DNA from: an uncultured virus (IMG/VR IMGVR_UViG_3300044591_001667)
Lineage: Duplodnaviria; Heunggongvirae; Uroviricota; Caudoviricetes
Virus record (IMG/VR): IMGVR_UViG_3300044591_001667
Reading direction: 5' to 3' (one strand)
Length of the DNA stretch: 64,000 nucleotides
Shown here: positions 28,223-36,995 of the stretch, in pieces
Numbering within the stretch: position 1 is the first letter of the stretch
Layout of the letters: every line of letters begins with the position of its first letter
Position numbers and translations under genes: made by a program
Notes under the pieces: generated by a model
Seen by the model: the letters and a program-made list of their open reading frames with translations, nothing else
Told to the model about the DNA's origin: nothing
Databases searched by the model: none

Positions 28223-28470
28223 TAGTTGTCCCAGAGAGCCTCTCGAAGTAATTCGTCATACTCCGCACCACAATGGGTGTGCTTCTTTGCAGAAATGTCT
28301 TCTTCTTCAATAATTGTGTCTAAATCAAGAACAGCCGTATAGCCTTCTTCATCAAACATAACTACAAGTTTTACCCTGCCATCATTCGTATCATCAACTA
28401 TGGCAACAACAAACTGCTGTCCATCGGAATTCGTATGAACAGAGGAATCAAGAATTTCTATTTCAGACAT
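28222..28470 (-). CDS. Hypothetical acidic protein
   Basis: 82 aa; leaderless TACGAT-N6-ATG. Confidence 0.65.
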   Translation of the reverse strand: MSEIEILDSSVHTNSDGQQFVVAIVDDTNDGRVKLVVMFDEEGYTAVLDLDTIIEEEDISAKKHTHCGAEYDELLREALWDN

Positions 28471-28667
28471 ACCTCAATCGTAGACCTGCTTTAGCAAGGT
28501 GATACGGCGGCACGCGAAACACCTCTTCCCCGCATAGGGTGTGCAGGAAAGGGTGCGGCAGGGGTAGCAATCCCGCCTCATCAGCTCAGCGAGCGCGAAG
28601 CTCCAGCCAGAGCTGGAACTCTAGAATAAAACAAATTTTTACCCCTGATTTGCTGCTGCGAGCGCTG

Positions 28668-28886
28668 TTACTCCTCGACGATGCCAATTTCGTTGGAAAC
28701 TGACTCCAAATCCCACCCGTAGTGACCCAACATAAATTGCTTTGCCAATCTAATGGCAAACTCATCGTCGTCTTCACCTTCGGCACGCAACTCCTCGTTT
28801 AGAACAACTGTCGTCATCATTGAGAAGTAATCACCAACAAACAAAACTGTTCGAGAAAGGTTTATCTCATCTATAGACTCGCTCAT
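28668..28886 (-). CDS. Hypothetical protein
   Basis: ATG 28886 overlapping upstream stop. Confidence 0.6.
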   Translation of the reverse strand: MSESIDEINLSRTVLFVGDYFSMMTTVVLNEELRAEGEDDDEFAIRLAKQFMLGHYGWDLESVSNEIGIVEE

Positions 28887-29245
28887 TATTTCCAACCCCC
28901 TAACCCATCAGCAAAATAAGTTCTTCCTGTCATAGCATCTCCTTCGTGCTTCCACGCCCAATCACAGCAAGGCTTGGCTTTGTCATCAGTTGGGTGAAGA
29001 CCTCTTGGTAGTTTAGCCGCAAGCATCGGGAAAGTCTTCAGCATCTTCAGTATGCACTCGTGGCATAAATTCCACTCCAAATTTTTATCCCCCAACGCTG
29101 GAGCATTGTCTATGAAACCCCCGTAGTAACCCAACTCTTGAAAGTTAAACGCGATGCCATTATCAACAACTTCTTCTTGACTGTGACACTCTTTAGGAAC
29201 ACCGCACGCATCGCAAGTTTGGTAACCATAAAAAGGTTCAGTCAT
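28886..29245 (-). CDS. Hypothetical Cys-containing protein
   Basis: CDAC..GYYGGFID..LCHEC. Confidence 0.65.
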   Translation of the reverse strand: MTEPFYGYQTCDACGVPKECHSQEEVVDNGIAFNFQELGYYGGFIDNAPALGDKNLEWNLCHECILKMLKTFPMLAAKLPRGLHPTDDKAKPCCDWAWKHEGDAMTGRTYFADGLGGWK

Positions 29246-29402
29246 CGTAACAACCGCAACAATCTACGCAGAGTCTGTCATCATCTTTAGAACAATTAGG
29301 ACAGAGATACTGGTCTAGTGTCTTCTCAGGTTCTTTGCAATCTTCGCAAACAATCTTTTCTAACTCTTGAATAGACATGTCCCGCAAGTGTTTTCTTGCC
29401 AT
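29238..29402 (-). CDS. Small Cys-rich zinc-finger protein
   Basis: Start reassigned to ATG 29402; CEDC..CPNC..CVDCC. Confidence 0.55.
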   Translation of the reverse strand: MARKHLRDMSIQELEKIVCEDCKEPEKTLDQYLCPNCSKDDDRLCVDCCGCYDD

Positions 29403-29409
29403 CAGATTT

Positions 29410-29655
29410 TTACTTACCTTCCTGCTCTTGTAAGTATTGAGCAATCTCTTCTCTTGTTGCTCCTGTTGCCTCTTGAAACCGCACCCACAAGTCTCCTGTT
29501 GTTGCATACATTTCCATCATCGCAAACAACTTATCCATTGAATAATCTTTGTGGTTCTTGTGCTTGTTAATTCTTTCTTGAAAGAAAGTTAGTAACATCG
29601 CCATGCCCATCGCAGAAAGTTCTGCTTCTTTTTCATTGAGTTCTAGTGTTGCCAT
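29410..29655 (-). CDS. Hypothetical protein
   Basis: 81 aa; ATGACGAGAGGA upstream. Confidence 0.65.
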   Translation of the reverse strand: MATLELNEKEAELSAMGMAMLLTFFQERINKHKNHKDYSMDKLFAMMEMYATTGDLWVRFQEATGATREEIAQYLQEQEGK

Positions 29656-29682
29656 TTGAGTTGTCCTCTCGTCATTTTTAGG

Positions 29683-29759
29683 TATACACGGAGCAACATC
29701 TTGTTTCCGACCCTCTAGAGTTCAAGTCGTTCAGGTGACCACTGCTGGACTCCGTGTAT
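29683..29759 (-). ncRNA. Candidate structured 5' leader RNA
   Basis: 10-bp closing stem ATACACGGAG/CTCCGTGTAT with internal helices, beginning at predicted start site of promoter at 29795. Confidence 0.35.
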
Positions 29760-29766
29760 GAAAGTA

Positions 29767-29816
29767 ATCATTTCACTTTCCTGCAACTTTGTCAAGTTTA
29801 TTTTGCTGGCGTGTCG
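29767..29816 (-). promoter_or_regulatory. Promoter with TGCAGGAAAG core and upstream CGACACGCC
   Basis: Minus strand CGACACGCC-N12-TTGACA-17 nt-AATGAT. Confidence 0.65.
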
Positions 29817-30009
29817 GCGAGCGCCACCACCACCATACCCACCACCACCGACATCTTTGCATCATTGAAAAGTTATCTGCATCTTGCAGGACCTGGAGGA
29901 ACTGAACGATCAAGAATTTTTACCCCCTGATTACGATCCGCGGCCGCAGCTTCCCAACAAAAGAAAAACTCCCGCATCTTTCGACACGGGAGTTCTTGTT
30001 CTTCGACGC

Positions 30010-30228
30010 TTAGTTATTACTCCACGCTCCGAAGTCAATGTCACTTGCTTCACGACGGGAGTCTGCCCAAGCCATCTCTCCGTAGTAATACTTCTTCTTC
30101 TTTGTTTCCTTGTTTGTAACTGCCCAGTAGTCCTGATAAAACTCTGCTGTCCCTACTGAAACTGATACTAAGTCGCTGTCATAGACAACTTCCCAGTTCT
30201 TTACCTTAGTAACACTTGGCTTTGCCAT
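30010..30228 (-). CDS. Hypothetical protein
   Basis: 72 aa; ACGACGAAAGGA upstream. Confidence 0.65.
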   Translation of the reverse strand: MAKPSVTKVKNWEVVYDSDLVSVSVGTAEFYQDYWAVTNKETKKKKYYYGEMAWADSRREASDIDFGAWSNN

Positions 30229-30255
30229 AACAATCCTTTCGTCGTTGTTAAAAGT

Positions 30256-30284
30256 AATCTAACACTTTCCTGCATCTTTGTCAA
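30256..30284 (-). promoter_or_regulatory. Promoter with TGCAGGAAAG core
   Basis: Minus strand TTGACA-aagaTGCAGGAAAGtgt-TAGATT. Confidence 0.75.
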
Positions 30285-30411
30285 GCATCTTCGTTCATGT
30301 CACCAAATAGCGGCGCATCATTAAAAAGTTGTTTGCACCTGGTGCAGGTTTTTTGCTGACGCAGCCTCAGCTCCTGGAATTTTTACCCCGCATCTCCGCA
30401 CGCATCTGGGC

Positions 30412-30443
30412 AAAAGAAAAACCCCCGCATCTCTGCGGGGGCT
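30412..30443 (-). terminator. Intrinsic terminator
   Basis: CCCCCGCA/TGCGGGGG stem with U tract on minus strand. Confidence 0.75.
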
Positions 30444-30468
30444 TCACTCCTAATTGGGGGGTTAGGTT

Positions 30469-30828
30469 TTACTTGGCGACTAGCACCACATACTTGCTAA
30501 GGGTCTGTGTTGCTTCGTATGCCTCTGGGAAGGCGGTCTTTAGGGCTTCGGTGTCAATACCGCGTCGTTCGCGGTGTGAAACCTCTAGGCGGAGAGTTCC
30601 GTCTGGGAGAAGTCCCTGTGTAGCCTCACCAAGATAAGACTTGATTTGTGCCTCTAGTTCTTTCTTTTCTTTTTCCATCTTTGTGATGAGGTCACGCTTT
30701 TCAATGAACTGCTCAATCACAATCTGGGTTGTCTTGTCGAGATAAACCGCATTTGCCTTTGTCTCAACTGTGGTTGTTACTTCTACTACTGGTGTTGCTA
30801 TTGTCTTTGTAACTGTTGCCTTAGACAT
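30469..30828 (-). CDS. Hypothetical coiled-coil phage protein
   Basis: 119 aa; coiled coil then IDTEALK..FPEAY. Confidence 0.65.
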   Translation of the reverse strand: MSKATVTKTIATPVVEVTTTVETKANAVYLDKTTQIVIEQFIEKRDLITKMEKEKKELEAQIKSYLGEATQGLLPDGTLRLEVSHRERRGIDTEALKTAFPEAYEATQTLSKYVVLVAK

Positions 30829-30906
30829 AACTAAGACTCCTTTTCATTTTGTCATTTCTCTCGGAGACTTCCTCAGAGAGGTTCTCAGGTTTCCCTGATA
30901 GATAAA

Positions 30907-30972
30907 ACATTACACGACCTTCCTGACATCTGTCAAGTCAAGTCAAGCACTTTTTTGTAACGAATTGGTAAC
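30907..30972 (-). promoter_or_regulatory. Promoter with GTTAC-N6-GTTAC box and TCAGGAAGG core
   Basis: Minus strand GTTAC-caattc-GTTAC, TTGACA at 30936, TAATGT. Confidence 0.7.
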
Positions 30973-31088
30973 AACTTTTGATGCTTTTGATGGTTGATGG
31001 GCTACACCATCTGAACAAGTGAGTTCACCAAAGGTATCTACCCACCCAAAGTCTTGATGGAGTTCCCAACCGCATCTAACGCAAACGC

Positions 31089-31199
31089 TTAGCATTTACC
31101 GCACCCTGCGTGATGGGTGTAATCACTTTCCTTGATGGAGAACGGGCTTCCGCATCTCCAACAATGTATGTAAATAATGACGGGCTTTCTTTTCGCCAT
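31089..31199 (-). CDS. 36-aa zinc-finger microprotein
   Basis: Hand-translated MAKRKPVIIYIHCWRCGSPFSIKESDYTHHAGCGKC; own promoter (TTGACA 31254) and ACGACGAAAGGA. Confidence 0.55.
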   Translation of the reverse strand: MAKRKPVIIYIHCWRCGSPFSIKESDYTHHAGCGKC

Positions 31200-31277
31200 T
31201 TCATACTCCTTTCGTCGTTGGAAGTATTCTTGCACTTCCCTGCACTCTTGTCAAACACATTTTGCTGGGCGTGTCGC

Positions 31278-31760
31278 TTAGTGGTGGAAACTCACCGCAA
31301 CTAGGAACTGCATCTCAGGTGCGAGTTCGCAACGCTCTCTGAAGGCTTTGAGGTTTGCTGACCAAGTTTCCAAGTCATAGATACCTGTGTCCATAGTCCA
31401 ACTGTCTTCCAAGATGCTGGCAATCTTTCTAACCTCGTAGGTTCGGAAGTCGTTATCTGTGTAGCCACCTGACCGAAACGGATCGTATCTATCAACAGCA
31501 TTTGCAAGATCGAAATTTTTTACCCTGTCGTAAAGTCTCTTCAGCTCTTCCTCGCGGTAGCCAAGAAACTCCTTGAACTTCATCTGGCCAACGGTTTCTG
31601 AATACGCGACCGCACTCTTACCATCAAACTCATCAACAAGGTCGTGGTAGTCCGACCAATGAGGTGTAGGGGTTTCATTATCAAGAAGACCTGACACATG
31701 GTTCGCCGCGTCTTCTGCTGTCTCTGCTTCAACCAACATCAACTGAATAACTCTCGCCAT
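31278..31760 (-). CDS. Hypothetical phage protein
   Basis: 160 aa; WSDY..QFLVAVSFHH. Confidence 0.7.
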   Translation of the reverse strand: MARVIQLMLVEAETAEDAANHVSGLLDNETPTPHWSDYHDLVDEFDGKSAVAYSETVGQMKFKEFLGYREEELKRLYDRVKNFDLANAVDRYDPFRSGGYTDNDFRTYEVRKIASILEDSWTMDTGIYDLETWSANLKAFRERCELAPEMQFLVAVSFHH

Positions 31761-31772
31761 TTTTTTACTCCC

Positions 31773-32222
31773 CTAGAAATCTACGCCGACGTTTTCAATC
31801 GCCTGAGCGTTCTGCTTCTCCGTCTGGAGAAAAGTAATTGCATCTCGTATTGCGTCCCACACATCGTGGCTTACCGTATCAAGGTGTTCGCCTTCGCAAT
31901 ACAAATCAAACCAACTGTTATTGACTACTTCAAGGTCGCCGCTTTCTGTTGCCTGATTTAGCAACTCGTCTGTTGTGTAGTCGTTCATTATGAAGTCTCC
32001 GCCGTATCTGTAGCGCTCGCCATTTGTTCTATCACGCACATCGGTAATGCCGTCACAATAAACATCAACCGCGAACTCAGCTATTTTTACCCTCGCCACA
32101 AATCGTGACGAACCGCCATCACAATAAAACATCGCATCGCGTTTATCTTCGTGCATCGGCAATCCGCTATCCCACTCGACGCTCGCACCAACGTGGTCGA
32201 GTAGTGGTTGTATGCCGTCCAT
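31773..32222 (-). CDS. Hypothetical phage protein
   Basis: 149 aa; NNSWFD; ACGACGAAAGGA upstream. Confidence 0.7.
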   Translation of the reverse strand: MDGIQPLLDHVGASVEWDSGLPMHEDKRDAMFYCDGGSSRFVARVKIAEFAVDVYCDGITDVRDRTNGERYRYGGDFIMNDYTTDELLNQATESGDLEVVNNSWFDLYCEGEHLDTVSHDVWDAIRDAITFLQTEKQNAQAIENVGVDF

Positions 32223-32365
32223 TATTTTTCCTTTCGTCGTTTTGTTTTAGGTTGGAAGCCCCGCCTCTTGGTTTCAGACGGGGCTTCCGTTTTTACCCTA
32301 TCCCTGTTTGGACAATGCGTTGGAAGGACGCTAACAAGGTTTCGGGTTGAGAGTTCGCCGTATTG

Positions 32366-34135
32366 CTACCGCGTCCCCACATTTGTTAGAACTCGTTCTG
32401 CCGCTTTTCCAATCTCGACGGACGCCGATACTGGGTCAAGCACTCCTGACATTACTACGCCATTTCGCTCTTCAAGGATACGACTCGCATAATGCCCGCC
32501 ATCGAAAGGAAGCCATAGAACCGCAACGCCTGACTCAGCGCAACGCTTTGTCCATCTGCGAGCGTTTTGCTTCTCTTCACCTGTGTATTGCCCATCTGAA
32601 ACAATCACAAGCAATCGAGCGCCACTTCCATTGAGAAGGTTGAGTGCGCCATCAAGTGCGCGAAATGCTTTGTCAAACTTTTCAGTTCCATCACTTGCAG
32701 AATAAACACGAACCTCTTCAAGGTGTTGTCCTGCTTTGAGAGTTGGAAATACATCTGAGCCGTAATAAACCATCGCACATTTACCTTGCACTCTGCGAGT
32801 TGCTTCAGACATAACCCACGCAGTTGTCGCCATTGGCTTCATAGCACTTCCCATTGAACCTGAAATGTCCACCATAACTCCAACTGTAAGTGTTGGGTCG
32901 TCTGTCTGCTTACGAACTGTGCGACGCCACGCTTCTGTTTGTTGCACAATTCCGCGTGACTTCATCGCGGCATTTTGGACAAGTGCGCGAGAGCGCAATC
33001 TTCCGGGTGGAGTAATTGAAGTAATCTCAGTTGCATCTCTGTCGCGATACTTTGCTTTCTCAAACATCTTAGAAATCGTAACTGCCGCGACTCGCTCTGC
33101 GCTAGTTGGTTTTCTAGTTTCTACTAATCGAGAAGAAGTGTCGCCACCAATCTCAGTTGTAGATTTGTTGAAAACTTTTTTAGCAACATCTTTGTTTTCA
33201 TTTTGCTCTTTTGCATCTTTGGCTTTTGCTTGCGCTTCTGCCTCTGACTCTTCTTGTTCTTGCTGGTCTGCGAGCGCCATACCAACTGAAATAGAGTTTT
33301 CTTCTGAAGCCTCTTCTAAAGCCTCTGCAAGTGCCTGAGCGAAAGCCTGAGCCATCTGCTCATCTTTCTCGCCCTTCTCTTCTTTCACATCGCGAACAAT
33401 CTTCGCCCACTCTTTTGCTAGTGGGTAGAGAAGAGTTTCTGCCTGAGTTGGGAAGTCAATAATAGTTTCGCGGAAAGTTTTAGAAATCTCTCGCAACTTA
33501 GAAACAACTTCTTCACCTAAAAAGCTGACAACTTGTTTTTCAATTCCTGCTACATCTGCCAAATCCAAAATACCCGCATCAACGCGAGCCAACACTAAAC
33601 CAATCGCACTCGCGCAAGTTTGAGTTGTTGAAGCACTTGCTTCCATCTCTTTAGCATCTGTAATAACAATTTCAATCGCGCAACTGCGTAGAAAGTTTTT
33701 TGACTCAGGTTTGTGCCATACGCCCTGAGTTTCAATGCGACCCTCTTCAAGTAGCATCAACGCTGAAGCCTCATCTTGCGCTAAATCTTTGTGAGCCTTT
33801 TCTATGTCGAAGATAGAAAACTTTGCGTGAAACGCTTCGTGCAGAATTGCACCTGTCGCTTTTGGAAACTCAAATTGTTGCTTGCGCTCGCGTAGGTCGC
33901 CAACCATCGCTGGAGTTGTCGCGCCACCAAAAGCAATCTGTGTATTTACTTCAACCTCTGCAAGTGCTGGGTTGTAACACGCTGGTGCAATACCACCTGC
34001 GCCCTCACCAACATAAGCGATTAGGTCTGACCTTTCAGACCAAGTATTTACAAGTTCGCCAATCTGTGCGCCTGTTACTAGCCACTCCTTCGGAGTGTTT
34101 TCTGCTCTGGTCGCAGAAACCTTTATGTGTGCCAT
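32366..34135 (-). CDS. vWA-domain protein with N-terminal HEXXH metallopeptidase-like domain
   Basis: ILHEAFH, LEEGRIE; MIDAS VDISGSM; LVIVSDG. Confidence 0.85.
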   Translation of the reverse strand: MAHIKVSATRAENTPKEWLVTGAQIGELVNTWSERSDLIAYVGEGAGGIAPACYNPALAEVEVNTQIAFGGATTPAMVGDLRERKQQFEFPKATGAILHEAFHAKFSIFDIEKAHKDLAQDEASALMLLEEGRIETQGVWHKPESKNFLRSCAIEIVITDAKEMEASASTTQTCASAIGLVLARVDAGILDLADVAGIEKQVVSFLGEEVVSKLREISKTFRETIIDFPTQAETLLYPLAKEWAKIVRDVKEEKGEKDEQMAQAFAQALAEALEEASEENSISVGMALADQQEQEESEAEAQAKAKDAKEQNENKDVAKKVFNKSTTEIGGDTSSRLVETRKPTSAERVAAVTISKMFEKAKYRDRDATEITSITPPGRLRSRALVQNAAMKSRGIVQQTEAWRRTVRKQTDDPTLTVGVMVDISGSMGSAMKPMATTAWVMSEATRRVQGKCAMVYYGSDVFPTLKAGQHLEEVRVYSASDGTEKFDKAFRALDGALNLLNGSGARLLVIVSDGQYTGEEKQNARRWTKRCAESGVAVLWLPFDGGHYASRILEERNGVVMSGVLDPVSASVEIGKAAERVLTNVGTR

Positions 34136-34277
34136 TTCGTCGTTCCTTCCATTTATGTCTTTGTCCGAGACAGGTAAATCCTATAATGAAACATCTTTGG
34201 GTGTCAAGTAGGGGAAGTAGGGGGCGCGACACCCATGAAGCGCCCCCCACCCTTTTCAGCAAAAATCCGACATAGGG

Positions 34278-35321
34278 TTAGATTTTCGCTGGCTTGACCT
34301 CTTCCCCATAAGCCCTTGTTAGCACATCGGCAACAACAGGTCTGTCTATTTCGGGGGCTGAGGCAAGTAGGTTCGAGATAGCGAAACTATTGCCAAAAGT
34401 TTTCGCCACATCTCGGAAAGCGATAAGTTCTCGCATTTGTGGAGACCATGAAACTTCATTTGATGCTTGCTTCTTAGCAAGATTTTGAGACGCAGTAACC
34501 ATCGCAGTTGGAACTCCCAACTTCTTAGCGAGCGCCCAATCAGTTGTCATTTCAACTTGAATAGTGAAACGCGATAGCAACGCTTCAGACAAACGAACTC
34601 CCGGAGCATTTGGGTTAGTCGCGGCAACTACATAAAAGTTTGGGTGAGCCTTGATAGTGCCACGCTCTGGATTTGCGGTGACAACTAACTCGCGTCGTCC
34701 GTCCATCAAACCATAAGCAAGTGACAAAACCTTTGGGTCAATCAAACCAATTTCGTCAATGAAATAAACTTTGCCATTGACGGCGGCATCTATCAAACCA
34801 CCATCAACCCAATCGAAACCACCTGAAGGTGTCTGCACATAACCACCAACCATGTCTGCAACTTCGGTATCGCCAGTTCCCATCAAGGTGACAACATCTG
34901 AGCCAAACGCTGCTTCAACCATCGCAGTTTTTCCGCAACCCGGTGCGCCATAAATCATGGCGAACATTGGAGAGCCACCCTCACCTGAGAAAGACTTAGA
35001 AGTCATTTCGCGTGATTTGCGTAGCGCCATTACATCTGAGTGTTCGCCCCACTTGCGACCAAAATACAAATCACCATTTGGTCGAACATAAGACTCTTCA
35101 CCTTCCATGCCATCTACGATAACTGTCTGCTTATCTTTGCGTGGCGCTCTTTCCGCACCACTCGCTCTTGCAACATAACGCCCCGCAGGTGCGACACTTG
35201 CAGACAGACTTGTAGTTGAAGTTTCTGATACTGCCTGAGCAATTACATTTTCAGCTAAATCCCATAGTGTGGAACTTCCACCTAGAGACTTGTATCTTTC
35301 ACGAAGATTTGTATTTTCCAT
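34278..35321 (-). CDS. MoxR/CbbQ-type AAA+ ATPase
   Basis: Walker A GAPGCGKT, Walker B FIDEI, ATNP, ALLSRF; adjacent vWA gene. Confidence 0.9.
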   Translation of the reverse strand: MENTNLRERYKSLGGSSTLWDLAENVIAQAVSETSTTSLSASVAPAGRYVARASGAERAPRKDKQTVIVDGMEGEESYVRPNGDLYFGRKWGEHSDVMALRKSREMTSKSFSGEGGSPMFAMIYGAPGCGKTAMVEAAFGSDVVTLMGTGDTEVADMVGGYVQTPSGGFDWVDGGLIDAAVNGKVYFIDEIGLIDPKVLSLAYGLMDGRRELVVTANPERGTIKAHPNFYVVAATNPNAPGVRLSEALLSRFTIQVEMTTDWALAKKLGVPTAMVTASQNLAKKQASNEVSWSPQMRELIAFRDVAKTFGNSFAISNLLASAPEIDRPVVADVLTRAYGEEVKPAKI

Positions 35322-35341
35322 TTCCCTATGTCCTTTTCTCT

Positions 35342-35797
35342 TTACGCAATCAGTTCTGTTGGGAACTCTGTTGCTTCACGAACTAAACCAATTCGGTAAA
35401 GCAACTTGTTGGGTGTCTTGCTTGTTCGTATGTCCTCTAAATCTTTTTTCGAGACTTCGATAACAAACGCATCTTTTACAATCTGCCAACCACCATTATT
35501 TATCGCATCGAATAAGTCAATCGCGAAAAACATACGCTGGTTTGCAAACGCTTCTCTCTTCTCATCTGAGAGTGGAACTCCACCTAATTCTGTAATCGCG
35601 TGATTAGGAATTGGAGAGTTGCGCCATTGTTTCTTAGGTGACGCTGGTGTTACTACTCGACGGAACAAATTGGCAGGAACTTCTTTCCCATCAGTTGTGT
35701 ATCCATCAGGTGTGATGATGATTTGCATTGTTGCTCCGGGCTTACGGAACTCGGCATAAACGCCTACGCCCTGAACATCTTTCGTGTTATCTAGCAT
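35342..35797 (-). CDS. Hypothetical protein
   Basis: 151 aa; ACGACGAAAGGA upstream. Confidence 0.65.
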   Translation of the reverse strand: MLDNTKDVQGVGVYAEFRKPGATMQIIITPDGYTTDGKEVPANLFRRVVTPASPKKQWRNSPIPNHAITELGGVPLSDEKREAFANQRMFFAIDLFDAINNGGWQIVKDAFVIEVSKKDLEDIRTSKTPNKLLYRIGLVREATEFPTELIA

Positions 35798-35835
35798 TGG
35801 GTGTCCTTTCGTCGTTGTTGCTAGTGAAAACTAAT

Positions 35836-36327
35836 CTACCATCTCTCTGCTAAATGTGCAAACTCTTCAGCAAAAAGATTTTCAGGTGTCGTGGTCTTTC
35901 CGAAAACTGAGGTGTAAAGGGCTAGACCCTCAGACCACTCTTCCCACCCACCATCTGAGGAAACTTCAACTTGCTTCCCAAAAACATCTTTGATGAGTAT
36001 TAGGGTTGCACAAACTAAAGTGTCATAAGGGTGCATTTGTGTTTTGCAAAAGTTGAAAGAAGTTTTTGCATCTTTATCCCAATCAGGTGCAGGTGGCACT
36101 ATCTGAGAGAAATGAAAAGTTTCACACGCTTGTGGTTCAATGCCATTGAAAGCGATGCGCTCGCCATCTGCTTGCCACGCACCTGCTTTTTCTCCAAAAG
36201 CATCTGCAACTGTTATGCCATTGAGTTCAGCTTTTTTTACCAACTCGATAAAACCTTTACGAACCTTGTCATAAAGTTCAGGCTCATTACTATCGAGACT
36301 TCTTTTTAGATAATGGGTGTATCCCAT
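35836..36327 (-). CDS. Hypothetical phage protein (MGYTHY..FNG..ETF..FCKT..PYD pattern)
   Basis: Motif pattern; own promoter (TTGACA 36395) and start motif. Confidence 0.7.
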   Translation of the reverse strand: MGYTHYLKRSLDSNEPELYDKVRKGFIELVKKAELNGITVADAFGEKAGAWQADGERIAFNGIEPQACETFHFSQIVPPAPDWDKDAKTSFNFCKTQMHPYDTLVCATLILIKDVFGKQVEVSSDGGWEEWSEGLALYTSVFGKTTTPENLFAEEFAHLAERW

Positions 36328-36561
36328 GATTTATCCTTTCGTCGTTTCTGCTTTCGCATTGAGATGATTATTGCATCTCCCTGCAATCGTGTCAAGTAGA
36401 ACGCAATAACTTTTTGATTTATTTCCTGTCCCCTCTTTGGGGGATAAAAACCGCGAGCGCGGAAAAAAGATGGTGAGCAGTTTCAACACATGCTCAGGTG
36501 TGGCACGCGGGATAACGACGAAGAAACCCGCGGCAGTTCTTATTTTTACCCTACGTGTGGC

Positions 36562-36906
36562 CTAGCTGTCAAGCTGGTCACGTGGCATGAAGTCATCAAG
36601 GTCTACACCGTACTGCTCAAACTTGTCGTACAACACCGACATGTCCTCGGGCTTCTCGTATGACTCCGTAATCAGACGTGCAACGTTTGCACGCTGGTCA
36701 TCACTAGCGGATTCCAGAATCTCCCAGTCGATTTCTCTCCAGTATGTGGTCTCCAATACGAGCATGCCACTCGCGTCACCGTAGTTCCCGTCAAGCGCAA
36801 AGTAGTGTAGCGAGCGCTCGATTGGCTGCGGATCGATTATTTTTACCTCTAGCGAGCCGTCTTCTACGACGAGCTCCGCATCAACAATGTCTTCTTCTTT
36901 AGCCAT
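36562..36906 (-). CDS. Hypothetical acidic protein
   Basis: 114 aa; YFALDGNYGDA. Confidence 0.65.
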   Translation of the reverse strand: MAKEEDIVDAELVVEDGSLEVKIIDPQPIERSLHYFALDGNYGDASGMLVLETTYWREIDWEILESASDDQRANVARLITESYEKPEDMSVLYDKFEQYGVDLDDFMPRDQLDS

Positions 36907-36995
36907 GCCGTTTTTACCCTTCCGTTTGTAAATCTAATCTTACCTTGCCGTTGGCATTGGGTGGGGCTTTTTACCCCACCCACGCCGTGCCGTTC

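Noticed and set aside
29683..29759. tRNA or hammerhead in the structured leader
   Set aside because: GTTCAAGTC has no cloverleaf context; CUGAAC..GAAA lacks the canonical core and stem I.
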